Source: Azolla caroliniana (lineage: Eukaryota; Plantae; Polypodiophyta). Taken from it: a stretch of DNA of 18,860 nucleotides. Made by a program: the position numbers and the translations under genes. Position 1 is the first letter of the stretch. Each line of letters opens with the position of its first letter. The stretch lies in contig JBHGNT010000627.1 in NCBI GenBank assembly GCA_043228905.1, forward strand, positions 1 through 18,860, given 5' to 3'. Of the stretch, positions 10,297 through 18,860 are shown in pieces. The notes below the pieces were generated by a model. The model saw nothing but the letters and a program-made list of their open reading frames with translations. It made no database searches and was not told where the DNA came from.

Positions 10297-13200
10297 ATTT
10301 CTGTGTTCAAACATGCAAATCGAGGCTAACAAGGCTAGCTATGATATAGAATTAAAAAATCGAGATTTTGAAACTCAGGTCGAGAGACATGAAGAATTTA
10401 GCATATTTGAGGAGGGAGTTGAGAAGAGCGTGTGTGTAAATTAAAATGGTCATACCTGGCTCGTGTGATATCGGATTTCTGTGTTCAAACATGCGAATCG
10501 AAGCTAACAACGCTAGCTATGATATAGAATTAAAAAATCGAGATTTTGAAACTCAGGTCGAGAGACATGAGGAAATTAGCATGCTGGAGGAGGGAGTTGA
10601 GAAGAGTCAGTGAGTAAATTAAAATGGTCATACCTGGCTCGTGTGATATCGGATTTCTGTGTTCAAACATGCAAATCGAAGCTAACAAGGCTAGCTATGA
10701 TATAGAATTAAAAAATCGAGATTTTGAAACTCAGGTCGAGAGACATGAGGAAATTAGCATATTTGAGGAGGGAGTTGAGAAGAGCCGGTGAATAAATTAA
10801 AATGGTCATACCTGGCTCGTGTTATATCGGATTTCTGTGTTCAAACATGCAAATCGAAGCTAACAAGGCTAGCTATGATATAGAATTAAAAAATCGAGAT
10901 TTTGAAACTCAGGTCGAGAGACATGAAGAATTTAGCATATTTGAGGAGGGAGTTGAGAAGAGCGTGTGTGTAAATTAAAATGGTCATACCTGGCTCGTGT
11001 GATATCGGATTTCTGTGTTCAAACATGCGAATCGAAGCTAACAACGCTAGCTATGATATAGAATTAAAAAATCGAGATTTTGAAACTCAGGTCGAGAGAC
11101 ATGAGGAAATTAGCATGCTGGAGGAGGGAGTTGAGAAGAGTCAGTGAGTAAATTAAAATGGTCATACCTGGCTCGTGTGATATCGGATTTCTGTGTTCAA
11201 ACATGCGAATCGAAACTAACAAGGCTAGCTATGATATAGAATTAAAAAATCGAGATTTTGAAACTCAGGTCGAGAGACATGAGGAAATTAGCATATTTGA
11301 GGAGGGAGTTGAGAAGAGCCGGTGAGTAAATTAAAATGGTCATACCTGGCTCGTGTGATATCGGATTTCTGTGTTCAAACATGCAAATCGAAGCTAACAA
11401 GGCTAGCTATGATATAGAATTAAAAAATCGAGATTTTGAAACTCAGGTCGAGAGACATGAAGAAATTAGCATATTTGAGGAGGGAGTTGAGAAGAGTCAG
11501 TGAGTAAATTAAAATGGTCATACCTGGCTCGTGTGATATCGGATTTCTGTGTTCAAACATGCAAATCGAAGCTAACAAGGCTAGCTATGATATAGAATTA
11601 AAAAATCGAGATTTTGAAACTCAGGTCAAGAGACATGAAGAAATTAGCATATTTGAGGAGGGAGTTGAGAAGAGCGTGTGTGTAAATTAAAATGGTCATA
11701 CCTGGCTCGTGTGATATCGGATTTCAGTGTTCAAACATGCGAATCGAAGCTAACAAGGCTAGCTATGATATAGAATTAAAAAATCGAGATTTTGAAACTC
11801 AGGTCAAGAGACATGAAGAAATTAGCATATTTGAGGAGGGAGTTGAGAAGAGTCAGTGAGTAAATTAAAATGGTCATACCTGGCTCGTGTGATATCGGAT
11901 TTCTGTGTTCAAACATGCAAATCGAAGCTAACAAGGCTAGCTATGATATAGAATTAAAAAATCGAGATTTTGAAACTCAGGTCAAGAGACATGAAGAAAT
12001 TAGCATATTTGAGGAGGGAGTTGAGAAGAGCGTGTGAGTAAATTAAAATGGTCATACCTGGCTCGTGTGATATCGGATTTCAGTGTTCAAACATGCGAAT
12101 CGAAGCTAACAAGGCTAGCTATGATATAGAATTAAAAAATCGAGATTTTGAAACTCAGGTCGAGAGACATGAAGAAATTAGCATATTTAAGGAGGGAGTT
12201 GAGAAGAGCGAGTGAGTAAATTAAAATGGTCATACCTGGCTCGTGTGATATCGGATTTCTGTGTTCAAACATGCGAATCGAAACTAACAAGGCTAGGTAT
12301 GATATAGAATTAAAAAATCGAGATTTTGAAACTCAGATCGAGAGACATGAGGAAATTAGCATATTTGAGGAGGGAGTTGAGAAGAGTCAGTGAGTAAATT
12401 AAAATGGTCATACCTGGCTCGTGTGATATCGGATTTCTGTGTTCAAACATGCGAATCGAAGCTAACAAGGCTAGCTATGATATAGAATTAAAAAATCGAG
12501 ATTTTGAAACTCAGGTCAAGAGACATGAAGAAATTAGCATATTTGAGGAGGGAGTTGAGAAGAGCGTGTGAGTAAATTAAAATGGTCATACCTGGCTCGT
12601 GTGATATCGGATTTCAGTGTTCAAACATGCGAATCGAAGCTAACAAGGCTAGCTATGATATAGAATTAAAAAATCGAGATTTTGAAACTCAGGTCGAGAG
12701 ACATGAAGAAATTAGCATATTTGAGGAGGGAGTTGAGAAGAGCGAGTGAGTAAATTAAAATGGTCATACCTGGCTCGTGTGATATCGGATTTCTGTGTTC
12801 AAACATGCGAATCGAAACTAACAAGGCTAGCTATGATATAGAATTAAAAAATCGAGATTTTGAAACTCAGGTCGAGAGACATGAGGAAATTAGCATATTT
12901 GAGGAGGGAGTTGAGAAGAGTCAGTGAGTAAATTAAAATGGTCATACCTGGCTCGTGTGATATCGGATTTCTGTGTTCAAACATGCGAATCGAAACTAAC
13001 AAGGCTAGCTATGAAATAGAATTAAAAAATCGAGATTTTGAAACTCAGGTCAAGAGACATGAAGAAATTAGCATATTTGAGGAGGGAGTTGAGAAGAGCG
13101 TGTGAGTAAATTAAAATGGTGATACCTGGCTCGTGTGATATCGGATTTCTGTGTTCAAACATGCGAATCGAAGCTAACAAGGCTAGCTATGATATAGAAT

Positions 13201-14419
13201 TAAAAAATCGAGATTTTGAAACTCAGGTCGAGAGACATGAGGAAATTAGCATATTTGAGGAGGGAGTTGAGAAGAGCCGGTGAGTAAATTAAAATGGTCA
13301 TACCTGGCTCGTGTGATATCGGATTTCTGTGTTCAAACATGCAAATCGAAGCTAACAAGGCTAGCTATGATATAGAATTAAAAAATCGAGATTTTGAAAC
13401 TCAGGTCGAGAGACATGAAGAATTTAGCATATTTGAGGAGGGAGTTGAGAAGAGCGTGTGTGTAAATTAAAATGGTCATACCTGGCTCGTGTGATATCGG
13501 ATTTCTGTGTTCAAACATGCGAATCGAAGCTAACAACGCTAGCTATGATATAGAATTAAAAAATCGAGATTTTGAAACTCAGGTCGAGAGACATGAGGAA
13601 ATTAGCATGCTGGAGGAGGGAGTTGAGAAGAGTCAGTGAGTAAATTAAAATGGTCATACCTGGCTCGTGTGATATCGGATTTCTGTGTTCAAACATGCGA
13701 ATCGAAACTAACAAGGCTAGCTATGATATAGAATTAAAAAATCGAGATTTTGAAACTCAGGTCGAGAGACATGAAGAATTTAGCATATTTGAGGAGGGAG
13801 TTGAGAAGAGCGTGTGTGTAAATTAAAATGGTCATACCTGGCTCGTGTGATATCGGATTTCTGTGTTCAAACATGCAAATCGAAGCTAACAAGGCTAGCT
13901 ATGATATAGAATTAAAAAATCGAGATTTTGAAACTCAGGTCGAGAGACATGAGGAAATTAGCATGCTGGAGGAGGGAGTTGAGAAGAGTCAGTGAGTAAA
14001 TTAAAATGGTCATACCTGGCTCGTGTGATATCGGATTTCTGTGTTCAAACATGCGAATCGAAACTAACAAGGCTAGCTATGATATAGAATTAAAAAATCG
14101 AGATTTTGAAACTCAGGTCGAGAGACATGAAGAATTTAGCATATTTGAGGAGGGAGTTGAGAAGAGCGTGTGTGTAAATTAAAATGGTCATACCTGGCTC
14201 GTGTGATATCGGATTTCTGTGTTCAAACATGCAAATCGAAGCTAACAAGGCTAGCTATGATATAGAATTAAAAAATCGAGATTTTGAAACTCAGGTCGAG
14301 AGACATGAAGAAATTAGCATATTTGAGGAGGGAGTTGAGAAGAGTCAGTGAGTAAATTAAAATGGTCATACCTGGCTCGTGTGATATCGGATTTCAGTGT
14401 TCAAACATGCGAATCGAAG

Positions 14420-17400
14420 CTAACAAGGCTAGCTATGATATAGAATTAAAAAATCGAGATTTTGAAACTCAGGTCAAGAGACATGAAGAAATTAGCATAT
14501 TTGAGGAGGGAGTTGAGAAGAGCGTGTGAGTAAATTAAAATGGTCATACCTGGCTCGTGTGATATCGGATTTCAGTGTTCAAACATGCGAATCGAAGCTA
14601 ACAAGGCTAGCTATGATATAGAATTAAAAAATCGAGATTTTGAAACTCAGGTCGAGAGACATGAAGAAATTAGCATATTTGAGGAGGGAGTTGAGAAGAG
14701 CGAGTGAGTAAATTAAAATGGTCATACCTGGCTCGTGTGATATCGGATTTCTGTGTTCAAACATGCGAATCGAAACTAACAAGGCTAGGTATGATATAGA
14801 ATTAAAAAATCGAGATTTTGAAACTCAGATCGAGAGACATGAGGAAATTAGCATATTTGAGGAGGGAGTTGAGAAGAGTCAGTGAGTAAATTAAAATGGT
14901 CATACCTGGCTCGTGTGATATCGGATTTCTGTGTTCAAACATGCAAATCGAAGCTAACAAGGCTAGCTATGATATAGAATTAAAAAATCGAGATTTTGAA
15001 ACTCAGGTCGAGAGACATGAAGAAATTAGCATATTTGAGGAGGGAGTTGAGAAGAGCGAGTGAGTAAATTAAAATGGTCATACCTGGCTCGTGTGATATC
15101 GGATTTCTGTGTTCAAACATGCGAATCGAAGCTAACAAGGCTAGCTATGATATAGAATTAAAAAATCGAGATTTTGAAACTCAGGTCGAGAGACATGAAG
15201 AAATTAGCATATTTGAGGAGGGAGTTGAGAAGAGCGTGTGAGTAAATTAAAATGGTCATACCTGGCTCGTGTGATATCGGATTTCTGTGTTCAAACATGC
15301 AAATCGAAGCTAACAAGGCTAGCTATGATATAGAATTAAAAAATCGAGATTTTGAAACTCAGGTCGAGAGACATGAAGAAATTAGCATATTTGAGGAGGG
15401 AGTTGAGAAGAGCGAGTGAGTAAATTAAAATGGTCATACCTGGCTCGTGTGATATCGGATTTCTGTGTTCAAACATGCGAATCGAAGCTAACAAGGCTAG
15501 CTATGATATAGAATTAAAAAATCGAGATTTTGAAACTCAGGTCGAGAGACATGAAGAAATTAGCATATTTGAGGAGGGAGTTGAGAAGAGCGAGTGAGTA
15601 AATTAAAATGGTCATACCTGGCTCGTGTGATATCGGATTTCTGTGTTCAAACATGCGAATCGAAACTAACAAGGCTAGCTATTATATAGAATTAAAAAAT
15701 CGAGATTTTGAAACTCAGGTCGAGAGACATGAGGAAATTAGCATATTTGAGGAGGGAGTTGAGAAGAGCCAGTGAGTAAATTAAAATGGTCATACCTGGC
15801 TCGTGTGATATCGGATTTCTGTGTTCAAACATGCAAATCGAAGCTAACAAGGCTAGCTATGATATAGAATTAAAAAATCGAGATTTTGAAACTCAGGTCG
15901 AGAGACATGAAGAAATTAGCATATTTGAGGAGGGAGTTGAGAAGAGCGTGTGAGTAAATTAAAATGGTCATACCTGGCTCGTGTGATATCGGATTTCTGT
16001 GTTCAAACATGCGAATCGAAGCTAACAAGGCTAGCTATGATATAGAATTAAAAAATCGAGATTTTGAAACTCAGGTCGAGAGACATGAAGAAATTAGCAT
16101 ATTTGAGGAGGGAGTTGAGAGGAGCGAGTGAGTAAATTAAAATGGTCATACCTGGCTCGTGTGATATCGGATTTCTGTGTTCAAACATGCGAATCGAAAC
16201 TAACAAGGCTAGCTATGATATAGAATTAAAAAATCGAGATTTTGAAACTCAGGTCAAGAGACATGAAGAAATTAGCATATTTGAGGAGGGAGTTGAGAAG
16301 AGCGTGTGAGTAAATTAAAATGGTCATACCTGGCTCGTGTGATATCGGATTTCAGTGTTCAAACATGCGAATCGAAGCTAACAAGGCTAGCTATGATATA
16401 GAATTAAAAAATCGAGATTTTGAAACTCAGGTCGAGAGACATGAAGAAATTAGCATATTTGAGGAGGGAGTTGAGAAGAGCGAGTGAGTAAATTAAAATG
16501 GTCATACCTGGCTCGTGTGATATCGGATTTCTGTGTTCAAACATGCGAATCGAAACTAACAAGGCTAGGTATGATATAGAATTAAAAAATCGAGATTTTG
16601 AAACTCAGATCGAGAGACATGAGGAAATTAGCATATTTGAGGAGGGAGTTGAGAAGAGTCAGTGAGTAAATTAAAATGGTCATACCTGGCTCGTGTGATA
16701 TCGGATTTCTGTGTTCAAACATGCAAATCGAAGCTAACAAGGCTAGCTATGATATAGAATTAAAAAATCGAGATTTTGAAACTCAGGTCGAGAGACATGA
16801 AGAAATTAGCATATTTGAGGAGGGAGTTGAGAAGAGCGAGTGAGTAAATTAAAATGGTCATACCTGGCTCGTGTGATATCGGATTTCTGTGTTCAAACAT
16901 GCGAATCGAAGCTAACAAGGCTAGCTATGATATAGAATTAAAAAATCGAGATTTTGAAACTCAGGTCGAGAGACATGAAGAAATTAGCATATTTGAGGAG
17001 GGAGTTGAGAAGAGCGTGTGAGTAAATTAAAATGGTCATACCTGGCTCGTGTGATATCGGATTTCTGTGTTCAAACATGCAAATCGAAGCTAACAAGGCT
17101 AGCTATGATATAGAATTAAAAAATCGAGATTTTGAAACTCAGGTCGAGAGACATGAAGAAATTAGCATATTTGAGGAGGGAGTTGAGAAGAGCGAGTGAG
17201 TAAATTAAAATGGTCATACCTGGCTCGTGTGATATCGGATTTCTGTGTTCAAACATGCGAATCGAAGCTAACAAGGCTAGCTATGATATAGAATTAAAAA
17301 ATCGAGATTTTGAAACTCAGGTCGAGAGACATGAAGAAATTAGCATATTTGAGGAGGGAGTTGAGAAGAGCGAGTGAGTAAATTAAAATGGTCATACCTG

Positions 17401-17900
17401 GCTCGTGTGATATCGGATTTCTGTGTTCAAACATGCGAATCGAAACTAACAAGGCTAGCTATTATATAGAATTAAAAAATCGAGATTTTGAAACTCAGGT
17501 CGAGAGACATGAGGAAATTAGCATATTTGAGGAGGGAGTTGAGAAGAGCCAGTGAGTAAATTAAAATGGTCATACCTGGCTCGTGTGATATCGGATTTCT
17601 GTGTTCAAACATGCAAATCGAAGCTAACAAGGCTAGCTATGATATAGAATTAAAAAATCGAGATTTTGAAACTCAGGTCGAGAGACATGAAGAAATTAGC
17701 ATATTTGAGGAGGGAGTTGAGAAGAGCGTGTGAGTAAATTAAAATGGTCATACCTGGCTCGTGTGATATCGGATTTCTGTGTTCAAACATGCGAATCGAA
17801 GCTAACAAGGCTAGCTATGATATAGAATTAAAAAATCGAGATTTTGAAACTCAGGTCGAGAGACATGAAGAAATTAGCATATTTGAGGAGGGAGTTGAGA
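14420..17900. repeat. 10-monomer (1780-bp) tandem duplication, ~2 copies
   Basis: GCTAGGTAT at 14789/16569, CAGATCG at 14829/16609 and CTATTATA at 15683/17463 are all 1780 bp apart. M83-M90 match M93-M100 at every scored site. Confidence 0.92.
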
Positions 17901-18860
17901 AGAGCGTGTGAGTAAATTAAAATGGTCACACCTGGCTCGTGTGATATCGGATTTCTGTGTTCAAACATGCGAATCGAAGCTAACAAGGCTAGCTATGATA
18001 TAGAATTAAAAAATCGAGATTTTGAAACTCAGGTCGAGAGACATGAAGAAATTAGCATATTTGAGGAGGGAGTTGAGAAGAGCGAGTGAGTAAATTAAAA
18101 TGGTCATACCTGGCTCGTGTGATATCGGATTTCTGTGTTCAAACATGCGAATCGAAGCTAACAAGGCTAGCTATGATATAGAATTAAAAAATCGAGATTT
18201 TGAAACTCAGGTGAGAGACATGAAGAAATTAGCATATTTGAGGAGGGAGTTGAGAAGAGCGTGTGAGTAAATTAAAATGGTCATACCTGGCTCGTGTGAT
18301 ATCGGATTTCTGTGTTCAAACATGCGAATCGAAGCTAACAAGGCTAGCTATGATATAGAATTAAAAAATCGAGATTTTGAAACTCAGGTCGAGAGACATG
18401 AAGAAATTAGCATATTTGAGGAGGGAGTTGAGAAGAGCGTGTGAGTAAATTAAAATGGTCATACCTGGCTCGTGTGATATCAGATTTCTGTGTTCAAACA
18501 TGCGAATCGAAACTAACAAGGCTAGCTATGATATAGAATTAAAAAATCGAGATTTTGAAACTCAGGTCAAGAGACATGAGGAAATTAGCATATTTGAGGA
18601 GGGAGTTGAGAAGAGTCAGTGAGTAAATTAAAATGGTCATACCTGGCTCGTGTGATATCGGATTTCTGTGTTCAAACATGCAAATCGAAGCTAACAAGGC
18701 TAGCTATGATATAGAATTAAAAAATCGAGATTTTGAAACTCAGGTCAAGAGACATGAAGAAATTAGCATATTTGAGGAGGGAGTTGAGAAGAGCGTGTGA
18801 GTAAATTAAAATGGTCATACCTGGCTCGTGTGATATCGGATTTCTGTGTTCAAACATGCG

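Larger units (their letters stand above)
1..18860. repeat. Tandem satellite DNA array, 178-bp monomer, ~106 copies, single orientation (centromeric/heterochromatic-type satellite, family not identified)
   Basis: ATTTCWGTGTTCAAACATGC recurs at 1, 179, 357, 535, then 712 (after a 1-bp deletion) and so on to 18662 and 18840. The period is 178 bp except M4, M14 and M103 (177 bp) and M52 (152 bp). Copies differ from consensus at only a few recurrent sites. No non-satellite sequence was seen. Confidence 0.99.

Noticed and set aside
1-18860. CRISPR array
   Set aside because: There are no unique spacers. The entire 178-bp unit is repeated, and no cas genes or leader are present.
1-18860. Long repetitive protein-coding gene running through the array
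   Set aside because: 178 is not a multiple of 3 and all six frames contain stops in each consensus unit. Even the TGA>TGT variants extend the short ORF by only three codons before TAA.

Overview
The whole 18,860-bp window is one uninterrupted head-to-tail tandem satellite array: 106 complete monomers (M1-M106) plus 21 bp of a 107th, apparently continuing past both edges. The consensus monomer is 178 bp and ~38% GC: ATTTCTGTGTTCAAACATGCGAATCGAAGCTAACAAGGCTAGCTATGATATAGAATTAAAAAATCGAGATTTTGAAACTCAGGTCGAGAGACATGAAGAAATTAGCATATTTGAGGAGGGAGTTGAGAAGAGCGWGTGAGTAAATTAAAATGGTCATACCTGGCTCGTGTGATATCGG. The unit length and homogeneity fit a eukaryotic centromeric or heterochromatic satellite, but I cannot name the family or organism. 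There are no unique-sequence genes, RNA genes, transposon insertions, inversions or CRISPR arrays. Variant sites scored by eye reveal nested higher-order duplications (2-, 3-, 7- and 10-monomer periods), a 26-bp deletion and one strongly divergent monomer segment. The most unexpected feature is a 55-codon ATG-to-TGA ORF covering 168 of the 178 bp of each unit. In the divergent monomer, 8 of 10 substitutions fall at third codon positions of that frame, which hints that the satellite derives from protein-coding DNA. All counts were made by hand and should be confirmed computationally.
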